Of a DNA stretch of 64,000 nucleotides, positions 55,837 through 64,000 are shown piece after piece. The notes under the pieces were generated by a model. The model searched no databases. It was not told where the DNA came from and worked only from the letters and a program-made list of their open reading frames with translations. Source of the stretch: an uncultured Gemmatimonadales bacterium (GTDB lineage: Bacteria; Gemmatimonadota; Gemmatimonadetes; Longimicrobiales; RSA9); NCBI GenBank assembly GCA_963798845.1, contig CAWCUS010000002.1:384001-448000 (forward strand), in the 5' to 3' direction. How positions within the stretch are numbered: position 1 is the stretch's first letter; every line of letters begins with the position of its first letter. Position numbers and translations under genes: made by a program.

Positions 55837-56761
55837 CGACGCGCGGGGTCGCCGCCGCGAGGACGGCGGCGACGGGTGGCTTTCCGGCCTGTTCGTGCCG
55901 GTCACCACGCCGTTCGACCCGGTCACCGGCGACATCGTGCCCGTGACCTTCCGCAACAACCTGCGGCGCTGGCTGCAGACGCCCGTGAACGGTTTCGTCA
56001 TCTTCGGCTCGACGGGCGAGGGTGCGCTCCTCGACGAGGACGAGATGGTGCGCCTCGGGGAGTATGCCCGCGACGTGATCCCGTCGATGCGGCCGCTGGT
56101 GGCCGGTGCGGGCGCCGAGTCCACGCGTGCCGTGATCCGGCGAGCGAAACGTTTCGCCGAGGCGGGCGCCGATGCCGTGCTCGTTCACCCGCCCTCGTAC
56201 TTCGGGGTGTCGCTCTCCGCCGGTGACCTGCGGGACCACTACACCGCAGTGGCGGACGCGTCGCCCGTGCCGGTCCTGGTCTACCACATGCCGAAGTTCA
56301 CCCACGTCACGCTCGACGCGGGGCTCATGGGGGAGCTGTCCCGCCACCCCAACATCGCCGGGATCAAGGACTCATCGGGAGACCTCAGGCAGTTCGCCGA
56401 GTACACGGAAGCCTGCGACCGGGGCTGCCGCCTGTTCGTGGGCAGCGGCGCGCTCCTGTACGCGGCGCTGGAGATGGGCGCGGCGGGCGGGATCGTGGCG
56501 CTGGGGCTGCTGGCGCCGGAGGCGTACGGGGACATGCTCGAGCACTACCGCGCCGGCCGCCTGAGAGAGGCGGGGGCGATCCAGGAGCGGCTGGCGCCCG
56601 CACACAAGCAGATCGTGGCCGCGTTCGGGGCCCGCGGCGTGAAGGCCGGGCTCGACCTCCTGGGCTGGGATGGTGGTCCGCCGCGGCCGCCGCTGAAGCC
56701 GCTGGACGAGAAGCAGCGCGCGACCGTGGCCCGCGTGATGCAAGAGGCGGGGTTGATCTAG
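55829..56761 (+). CDS. DapA/NAL-family aldolase (second paralogue, HOGA-like)
   Basis: PVTTPF, GSTGE, VYHMP, GIKDSSG; lacks the DapA-specific YNVPGRT. TTG start. Confidence 0.85.
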   Translation: MPDDARGRRREDGGDGWLSGLFVPVTTPFDPVTGDIVPVTFRNNLRRWLQTPVNGFVIFGSTGEGALLDEDEMVRLGEYARDVIPSMRPLVAGAGAESTRAVIRRAKRFAEAGADAVLVHPPSYFGVSLSAGDLRDHYTAVADASPVPVLVYHMPKFTHVTLDAGLMGELSRHPNIAGIKDSSGDLRQFAEYTEACDRGCRLFVGSGALLYAALEMGAAGGIVALGLLAPEAYGDMLEHYRAGRLREAGAIQERLAPAHKQIVAAFGARGVKAGLDLLGWDGGPPRPPLKPLDEKQRATVARVMQEAGLI

Positions 56762-56783
56762 AGGTCAACCGAACCCCGACGCC

Positions 56784-57986
56784 ATGCCCATCGACATCGA
56801 CGAAGCGCGGGCGCGCTTTTCAGATCTCGCGCCCACCGACCGTTCCGAGATCCGGGAGGCCGTGGGCGCGCTCGCGCAGCCCCGACTGTGCGGCTCCGAG
56901 GGCGCCGGGATCGTCGAAAGCGAGATCCTGGAGCGGTTCTCCGCTTTCGGCTACGAGTGCGAAGCCGGCAGCTTCTCGTTCTCCTCCTTCCATGGCCGCT
57001 TCGCCCTGATGGTCTCCGGTGGCGTGGTCGGCGTCAGCGGAGCGATGGCCACCGCGCTCATCTACGCCGGCCTTCCCATCCCCGGCCTGGTGGTCCTCGG
57101 CCTTGGCCTGCTGCTCGCCGTCCTCCCGGTGCCGTTCGGAGCCATGGTGATGCGGCGATTGCCGTGGGCGAGGCTCGAGGCCAGGAACCTGCTCTTCCGC
57201 CGGCCGGGCGCCCGCCCCGCGTGGATCCTCATGGCGCACCGCGACACCAAGGGTCAGGCCGTGCCGGCGCTGGTGCGGGCGCTCGCGATCGCGGTGGCGG
57301 TCGCGGCGTGGGCGGGGCTCGTGATCCTGGCGGCATTCCGGCTCGCGGGGGTGGACGGCCTGGGACCCCCGCTCCTGCTGGTCGGCGGCGTGCTGCTCGC
57401 GGCCGGTGCCACCCTGGGGCTGGGGCGGGTCACCAACAACTCACCGGGGGCGCTGGACAACGCGTCGGGGCTCGCGGCGCTGCTGGCGGTGGCGAAGCGG
57501 GAGGAGTCGGGGGCGATCGCATTCCTGATCACCGACGGTGAGGAGCTGGACCTGGCGGGAGCCCGGGCGGCGGCGCTCCGGCTGCCTCCGGTCCAGGGCG
57601 TCATAAACGTGGACGGGCTGGACGACCGCGGCCGCTTCTACGTGGCGGAGGGGCACGGCTGGCGACGGCGCCGGGGGCGCGCACCTCAGCTCGCCGCGGC
57701 GCTGATGGTGGCCGGCAGCGCACTCGATCTGCCGGTGGAGCGCCGGCGGCTCCCGGCCATGGTGGCGGTGGACCACGTCCCGCTCTCGGCGGCCGGAATC
57801 CCAGCGCTCACGCTCATGCGCGGGCAGTGGCGGTCGCTCATGCGCGTGCACCGGCCGGGAGACTCGGCGGAACACCTGGACGGCCGCGGCGCCGCGCAAG
57901 GGGCCACCCTCCTGACGGCTGCGGTGCGGCTCCTTTCCGCGGATGGACCGTCGCGCCTTGCGAGGGGGCACGACGCCGGGCCATAG
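56784..57986 (+). CDS. M28 family metallopeptidase with inserted TM segments
   Basis: MAHRD, GALDNASG, DGEE, NVDG, DH, H metal ligands; two hydrophobic hairpins. Confidence 0.8.
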   Translation: MPIDIDEARARFSDLAPTDRSEIREAVGALAQPRLCGSEGAGIVESEILERFSAFGYECEAGSFSFSSFHGRFALMVSGGVVGVSGAMATALIYAGLPIPGLVVLGLGLLLAVLPVPFGAMVMRRLPWARLEARNLLFRRPGARPAWILMAHRDTKGQAVPALVRALAIAVAVAAWAGLVILAAFRLAGVDGLGPPLLLVGGVLLAAGATLGLGRVTNNSPGALDNASGLAALLAVAKREESGAIAFLITDGEELDLAGARAAALRLPPVQGVINVDGLDDRGRFYVAEGHGWRRRRGRAPQLAAALMVAGSALDLPVERRRLPAMVAVDHVPLSAAGIPALTLMRGQWRSLMRVHRPGDSAEHLDGRGAAQGATLLTAAVRLLSADGPSRLARGHDAGP

Positions 57987-57994
57987 TCCAGCAC

Positions 57995-59284
<1,290 letters not shown>

Positions 59285-59288
59285 CGAA

Positions 59289-59320
59289 CGGGCCCGCCGA
59301 CCTCGAGGTCGGCGGGCCCG
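59289..59320. terminator. Perfect 32-bp palindrome between convergent genes (probable bidirectional terminator)
   Basis: CGGGCCCGCCGACCTC|GAGGTCGGCGGGCCCG. Confidence 0.7.
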
Positions 59321-59350
59321 GATCCATGCGTTGGCCGGGAGGGGCGCCGG

Positions 59351-61591
59351 TCAGCCGGCCGGCGGTGTGCCGGGCACGACGTCACCCGTCTTCCCGCGCT
59401 GGCCCGCGACGGTCTCGCCTGCAGGCCTTCCGGCGCCCTCCACAGCCGGTTCCCGCGCCGCCTCGTCGGGGAACAGGCGCTGGTACTCGAGCCAGTGCTC
59501 TTCCTTGAGCCGCTCGATCGAGACCTTCCCCGTGAAGATCGAGGTGTCGAGGGGGAAGATCTCGGGGCGGAAAACCACTCCCCAGGAGTGCCAGAGCACG
59601 ACGACAAGCGTGGCGAACGTGGCCTCGTAGCCGTGCATGGTGCGCATGGCGGCCATCCACTCCCCGGGCACCAGGCGGGTGGCCAGTTCCGGCCACACCA
59701 GCGCGATTCCGGTGAAGGTCATGACCAGGCCGCCCATGAGCAGGCCGCCGTACTCGAACTTCTGGGCGAAGTCGAACTTCCCGACCTTCGGACGCGGCGT
59801 CCCTTCCATGAAGTGACGGACCGTGCCGATCGCCTTGTCGAAGTCATCGAGCGTCGGGAGCATGATCGGCATCCGCCGCTTGCGGATCGCGTTCAGGATC
59901 GCCAGGCCGACATGCACCACGAGCAGCGTCGCGAAGGAGAACCCGGCGATGCGGTGGATCATTCGGGTCGTCCCGATGCTGCCGAAGAATGCGATGACCG
60001 AGTCGGCCACGGCCAGGTCCGGCCGCAGCTGCGGCAGGCCCGTGACCACCAGCGTGATGAACGTGGTCAGCCCCAGGGCGTGCTGCACCTGCTCCCACGG
60101 GGAGAAGCGCCTGATCATGCGTGGCCGCTCCGACTTCTTCCCGGTGAGGCGCGCCCAGCTCGAGCGGATCTTCCGCGACCACGCCCGGTGGCGTTGCCCG
60201 TGGAGAGCCTCGGACAGGATGATCAGCGACAGCCCGATCAGCATGAAGGGGATGAGAAAGTAGTAGAACATGCTGACCAGCCATGTCGGCAGCTGGTTGT
60301 GCGGGCCCGGAGGCTCATGGCCCAGCCACGCGCCCGCCAGCTGAGGGCTGGCGTGCTCGTGGCAGCGCTCGCACACCTCGCTCACCACTTTCTCCTTGCT
60401 CCACCCCACCGCGTGCGCGCCATGGCAGTCCTCGCACGTGAGGACCGCCACCGAGTCCGCGGAGCCCATGGCGTTCATGAAGCCGAGGGTGGTGCCGTGG
60501 TAGTCGTCCTGGTACGACTTCACTACCGTCGTGGACAGGCCGTACGTCTCTGCCAGCTTCTTGTTGCTGTGGCAGCCGATGCACGTGCTGGTGGCCGCCA
60601 TGCGGTCCGGCGCGCTGTTCGTCTCCCCTTGCAGCATGTCCGCGTGGCACGTCAGACACGTGGGCACGCTCTTGTGCGACTCGGGCGCGGTCAGGCCCAC
60701 CGAGTGACCACCGCGCAGGTATTCCTGCATGGCGTCCGCATGGCACGCGGCACACCGATCCGCGATCACCGTCCCCGACAGCTCCGTCACAGGCGGATCG
60801 TCCGCGAAGGAGTGGCAGTCGGTGCAGAGCGGCGCGCCCTCGCCCACTCCCTGGTGCGTATGGTGCGCGGATTCATGGCACGACACGCACGCCGCCGCCA
60901 GCTTCACGCTGTCCCGCGCCACCGGCAGGGCCGCGTCCGGCTCGTGGCACTGAACGCAGTCCACCGCGTTCGCGCCCGTCTTCGGGTGCGACGGGTGCAC
61001 GTCAGCGTGGCACGACACGCACGCGGCGGTCATCGGCGTCGCCCCCTCCTCGCCGGCGCCCGACGCCGCGGTGCGAACTTCCTCCGAGGCCGGGTGCTCA
61101 CGCGTGCCGTGCACGTCGTGGCAGTCCACGCACAGTGGCGCATCCTGCTTCACGCCCGCATGGAGCTCGTGCGGCTGCCCGTGACACGAAGCGCAGCGAG
61201 CCGACAGCTGTGCCTTGGCCCAGTCCAACCGCGGTTCTCCATGGACCACGTGGCAGTCCAGGCACGTCGCGTCCCCCGCGCCGTGTCCCGTCTGTGCCGC
61301 CTCCGTCTCGTGGCAGCTCCGGCAGGCCTTCAGCTGCCTCGCCTTCAGGACGGACCTGTCCGTCGTCTGCAGCCCGATGTGGTGGCAGTCGAGACACGAG
61401 ACCGAGCCCGCATGCTCCGCGGCCTGCGCGCGCAGCACCGCGTCGCTGTCGTGACACGATGCGCACGCGCCTTCCATGTACGGCTGCCTCTGCGGCGCCT
61501 GGGCGCTGAGCCTCCCGGCTCCGATCCCGCCCGCCACCAAGAGGAGCAGCAGTACGGCCCCCCCGGCCGCCCCTCGCATGGATCCGCTCAT
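59351..61591 (-). CDS. Multiheme cytochrome c (15 CxxCH) fused to an FdnI/HydC-like cytochrome b membrane domain (CbcL-like architecture)
   Basis: Signal peptide; 15 CxxCH counted by hand; TM linker; cytochrome b His motifs QVQH, MIHR, VVHV, TMHG, LWHS; also KFDFAQKFEY and EEHWLEY. Confidence 0.9.
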   Translation of the reverse strand: MSGSMRGAAGGAVLLLLLVAGGIGAGRLSAQAPQRQPYMEGACASCHDSDAVLRAQAAEHAGSVSCLDCHHIGLQTTDRSVLKARQLKACRSCHETEAAQTGHGAGDATCLDCHVVHGEPRLDWAKAQLSARCASCHGQPHELHAGVKQDAPLCVDCHDVHGTREHPASEEVRTAASGAGEEGATPMTAACVSCHADVHPSHPKTGANAVDCVQCHEPDAALPVARDSVKLAAACVSCHESAHHTHQGVGEGAPLCTDCHSFADDPPVTELSGTVIADRCAACHADAMQEYLRGGHSVGLTAPESHKSVPTCLTCHADMLQGETNSAPDRMAATSTCIGCHSNKKLAETYGLSTTVVKSYQDDYHGTTLGFMNAMGSADSVAVLTCEDCHGAHAVGWSKEKVVSEVCERCHEHASPQLAGAWLGHEPPGPHNQLPTWLVSMFYYFLIPFMLIGLSLIILSEALHGQRHRAWSRKIRSSWARLTGKKSERPRMIRRFSPWEQVQHALGLTTFITLVVTGLPQLRPDLAVADSVIAFFGSIGTTRMIHRIAGFSFATLLVVHVGLAILNAIRKRRMPIMLPTLDDFDKAIGTVRHFMEGTPRPKVGKFDFAQKFEYGGLLMGGLVMTFTGIALVWPELATRLVPGEWMAAMRTMHGYEATFATLVVVLWHSWGVVFRPEIFPLDTSIFTGKVSIERLKEEHWLEYQRLFPDEAAREPAVEGAGRPAGETVAGQRGKTGDVVPGTPPAG

Positions 61592-61616
61592 CAACCTTCT
61601 CCTCAGCGTCGTAGAC

Positions 61617-62228
61617 TCACGTGTTCGCCGGCTTGAACCGCTTCGTCACGGCTTCAGCCGCGACCTTGAAGAAGGCCGCGAAGCCGATCACGGGCAGGAA
61701 CATCACGAACGCCAGCCCCAGGATCGGCGCAACCACCAGCCCGGTCAGCACCTGTCCCGTGCTCCCCATCGCCCCGCGTTCCACCGCCGCCGTCCCCTCC
61801 GGCGCCAGCTCGACGGGCGTTACCGCCTCCGCCGCCTTCGCGGCGGCTTCCTCCCGCTCCTTCTTCAGCATGGCCGCAGTCACCACCGCCGCCAGAACCT
61901 CCGGGCTCACCGGCTTGTCCAGGTACTCGAAGCCACCCAGCTCCCGCACCCGACGCTTCACGTCGTCATTGCCGTAGCCCGTCAGAAGAATGAACGGCGT
62001 GCCCGGGGTCGCCCCCTTCATCCACTCCAGCAGCTCCATCCCGTCCACCGTCGGCATCTTCAGATCCGCGACCACGACGTCCACCGGCTCCCGGGTCAGC
62101 CAGTCCATGGCCACCTTCCCATCCTCCGCCGTCGCCACGTCGAAGTCCCGCTCCGAGAGGTATCGGTTCCAGCTCCGGCGGACGGACTCCTCGTCGTCCA
62201 CCACGAGCACCTTGCCGTGCCTTCTCAT
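61617..62228 (-). CDS. Response regulator receiver with C-terminal hydrophobic (membrane) tail and no DNA-binding domain
   Basis: VLVVDDE, VVADLKMP (phospho-Asp), LLTGYG, YLDKP, then LVVAPILGLAFVMFLPVIGFAAFF. Confidence 0.88.
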   Translation of the reverse strand: MRRHGKVLVVDDEESVRRSWNRYLSERDFDVATAEDGKVAMDWLTREPVDVVVADLKMPTVDGMELLEWMKGATPGTPFILLTGYGNDDVKRRVRELGGFEYLDKPVSPEVLAAVVTAAMLKKEREEAAAKAAEAVTPVELAPEGTAAVERGAMGSTGQVLTGLVVAPILGLAFVMFLPVIGFAAFFKVAAEAVTKRFKPANT

Positions 62229-62262
62229 CTCTCCGCTCCTTCCGTTTCGCGTGAGCCTCGCC

Positions 62263-62664
62263 CTACCCGGCGATCCAGCCCACCCGCTCGTGAACACGCT
62301 CCAGAACTCCCACCAGCTGCTCCATCGCCTCCGCCTGCGACTCCGACCACACCAGCTCCACCCCGCACGCCGTCAGGTATTCGGCGACCGGCAGCGGCAG
62401 CGGCCCTTCCATCACCGCCACCTTCTGCATGCGCGGATACTCCAGGTTCATACGACCCAGCGTCGCCAGCAGCACGCCCTTCGGCACCGGCTGTCCATGG
62501 ACCACCAGCACCGCGATCGTCGACAGGGCATGCTCCCGCAGCAGCTCTTCCAGGCTCGAATACCACACCACCGCGTGCCCGGAGGCCGCCAGCCGGCTCG
62601 CCAACGCGCCGAACCCGCCAGCATCCGACAGCAAGACCGTGGATCCCGCGTCCCGTACTCCCAC
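62263..62664 (-). CDS. Hypothetical protein, degenerate receiver-like fold
   Basis: Strong RBS before GTG 62664; alternating beta/alpha pattern like REC, but no DD, phospho-Asp or KP. Confidence 0.6.
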   Translation of the reverse strand: MGVRDAGSTVLLSDAGGFGALASRLAASGHAVVWYSSLEELLREHALSTIAVLVVHGQPVPKGVLLATLGRMNLEYPRMQKVAVMEGPLPLPVAEYLTACGVELVWSESQAEAMEQLVGVLERVHERVGWIAG

Positions 62665-62736
62665 TGCGGCCTCTCCTTCCTCGGGCGTCTCGTCTCCCGC
62701 CCCGCTTCGACCTCCACCCTTCCGACCATGGCAGGG

Positions 62737-62751
62737 GCAACGGTCGTGCCG
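62737..62751 (-). promoter_or_regulatory. sigma54 (-24/-12) promoter of the cytochrome operon
   Basis: CGGCACG-ACCG-TTGC versus consensus TGGCACG-N4-TTGC; a sigma54 activator gene is adjacent. Confidence 0.8.
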
Positions 62752-62754
62752 CAA

Positions 62755-62772
62755 ATGAGAATTTCTTCACGA
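62755..62772. promoter_or_regulatory. Rex-like operator abutting the -24 element
   Basis: Minus strand TCGTGAA-GAAA-TTCTCAT versus TTGTGAA-N4-TTCACAA (3 mismatches). Confidence 0.35.
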
Positions 62773-62848
62773 AACCTGTAAGACGTTGTGGCCCAGTCGA
62801 TTGCGCAGTTGGTAGTGCGCCTGGGAAGGGGGCCGGAAAGGCCCCGAG

Positions 62849-62867
62849 TGTATACGGGTCGTATACA
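62849..62867. promoter_or_regulatory. Palindromic candidate enhancer (UAS) site 1
   Basis: TGTATAC-GGGTC-GTATACA. Confidence 0.6.
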
Positions 62868-62962
62868 GTTGGTGGGGGCAGCGGCGGAGCCGGTCAGGCG
62901 ATGATCATCGTAAGTGATTCACAGACAACGTTTTGAGGTTCTTGAGCATGGCCCCCATGGGG

Positions 62963-62981
62963 TGTATACGAGGGCTATACA
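62963..62981. promoter_or_regulatory. Palindromic candidate enhancer (UAS) site 2
   Basis: TGTATAC-GAGGG-CTATACA, one mismatch from the site 1 arms. Confidence 0.55.
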
Positions 62982-63042
62982 GTCATCGCGATGGAAGGAA
63001 GAGACGGTCCCGCGAAGCCCACGAACGGCGGAGGCGCGGGCG

Positions 63043-64000
63043 TCAGGAGCTCGGGTCGCCCTCGCCGTCAGGATCGGTCTCGCCGGTATCCCCGGAGGGA
63101 GACGTGATGTCGTACTTGCGCATGAGGGCGTGGAGGTTGGGCCGCTGCATGCCGACGCGACGGGCGGCTTCGGAGACGTTCCAGTCGGCGCCGCGCAGGG
63201 CCTTGAGGACGAAGAGCTTTTCGAGGTTCTCGACGGCCTGGGAGCGGATCTCCTTCTTGCGCTCGGCGAGGGTGGCGGCGTCGTCGGGTACGTCGTCCCA
63301 GCGAGCTGCGGAGTGCTCGGCGGCGAGGGGGATGGCCTGGGGTTGGATGGTGCGCCCCTCGGTGAGGAGGACGGCGCGCTCGAGGACGTTTTCGAGCTCG
63401 CGGACGTTGCCGGGCCATGCGTGGGCCTCGAGGAGTGCCATGGCCTGGGGGGAGATGGCGTCGATCTCCTTGCCGACCTCATCGGAGATGCGCTGGACGA
63501 AGTGGTGGGCGAGGAGGGGGATCTCCTCGCGTCGCTCGCGAAGGGGAGGAAGGCGGATGGCGAAGACGCTGAGACGATAGAAGAGGTCGTCGCGGAAGGA
63601 GCCGTCGTCGACGAGCTCCTGGAGGTCGCGGTTGGTGGCGGCGATGACGCGAACGTCGACGGACACGGTGCGGTCGGCGCCGACGGGGCGGATCTCGTGT
63701 TCCTGTATGAGGCGGAGGAGGCTGCCCTGTACCTTGGGCGAGATGGTGCTGATCTCGTCGAGGAAGAGGGTGCCGCCGCGGGCGGCCTCGGCGAGTCCCT
63801 TGCGGTCCTTGGCGGCGCCGGTGAAGGCGCCGCGGACATGGCCGAAGAGCTCGGACTCGAGGAGCGACTCGCTGAGTGAAGCGCAATCGGCGACGACGAA
63901 CGGGCCGCTGTTGCGCCGGCTGTTGTAGTGTATGGCGCGGGCGATGACCTCCTTGCCGGTGCCGGTTTCTCCGGTGACCAGGACGGTGCTGTTGGTGGGC
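63043..64000 (-). CDS. sigma54-dependent transcriptional activator (NtrC family AAA+ and Fis HTH), 5' end outside the window
   Basis: [75 protein letters not shown]. Confidence 0.96.
   Translation of the reverse strand, partial: PTNSTVLVTGETGTGKEVIARAIHYNSRRNSGPFVVADCASLSESLLESELFGHVRGAFTGAAKDRKGLAEAARGGTLFLDEISTISPKVQGSLLRLIQEHEIRPVGADRTVSVDVRVIAATNRDLQELVDDGSFRDDLFYRLSVFAIRLPPLRERREEIPLLAHHFVQRISDEVGKEIDAISPQAMALLEAHAWPGNVRELENVLERAVLLTEGRTIQPQAIPLAAEHSAARWDDVPDDAATLAERKKEIRSQAVENLEKLFVLKALRGADWNVSEAARRVGMQRPNLHALMRKYDITSPSGDTGETDPDGEGDPSS

Overview
This is a very GC-rich, gene-dense bacterial chromosome segment. Gene content and style suggest Gemmatimonadota, which is an inference and not proven. 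It is mostly housekeeping: clpX(partial)-clpP-tig-tRNA-Leu, degP, dnaK, nupC-PNP, a complete F1Fo ATP synthase operon, a 23S-5S rRNA unit with no 16S, ligA-V4R-ruvX-mltG-thiE, ytxH-otsA-pdp, PBP1A, dapA-dapB-dapH, pilT and purA. I found no CRISPR array, transposase, integrase or phage gene. The most notable signals are five. (1) A sigma54 module at the right end: an NtrC-type activator, two matching 19-bp palindromes, a Rex-like box and a -24/-12 promoter upstream of a pseudo-receiver, a membrane-tailed receiver and a 15-heme cytochrome c fused to cytochrome b. (2) About eight -24/-12 motifs in front of stress and envelope genes, including dnaK and degP. (3) A 300-bp atpB-atpE spacer with a heptamer repeat tract and a multi-stem candidate RNA. 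(4) A stand-alone 23S-5S operon with its own promoter, a long processing stem and unusual peptidyl-transferase-centre bases. (5) Local GC-skew flips that do not follow gene orientation. All calls come from reading the sequence by eye; no searches were run.
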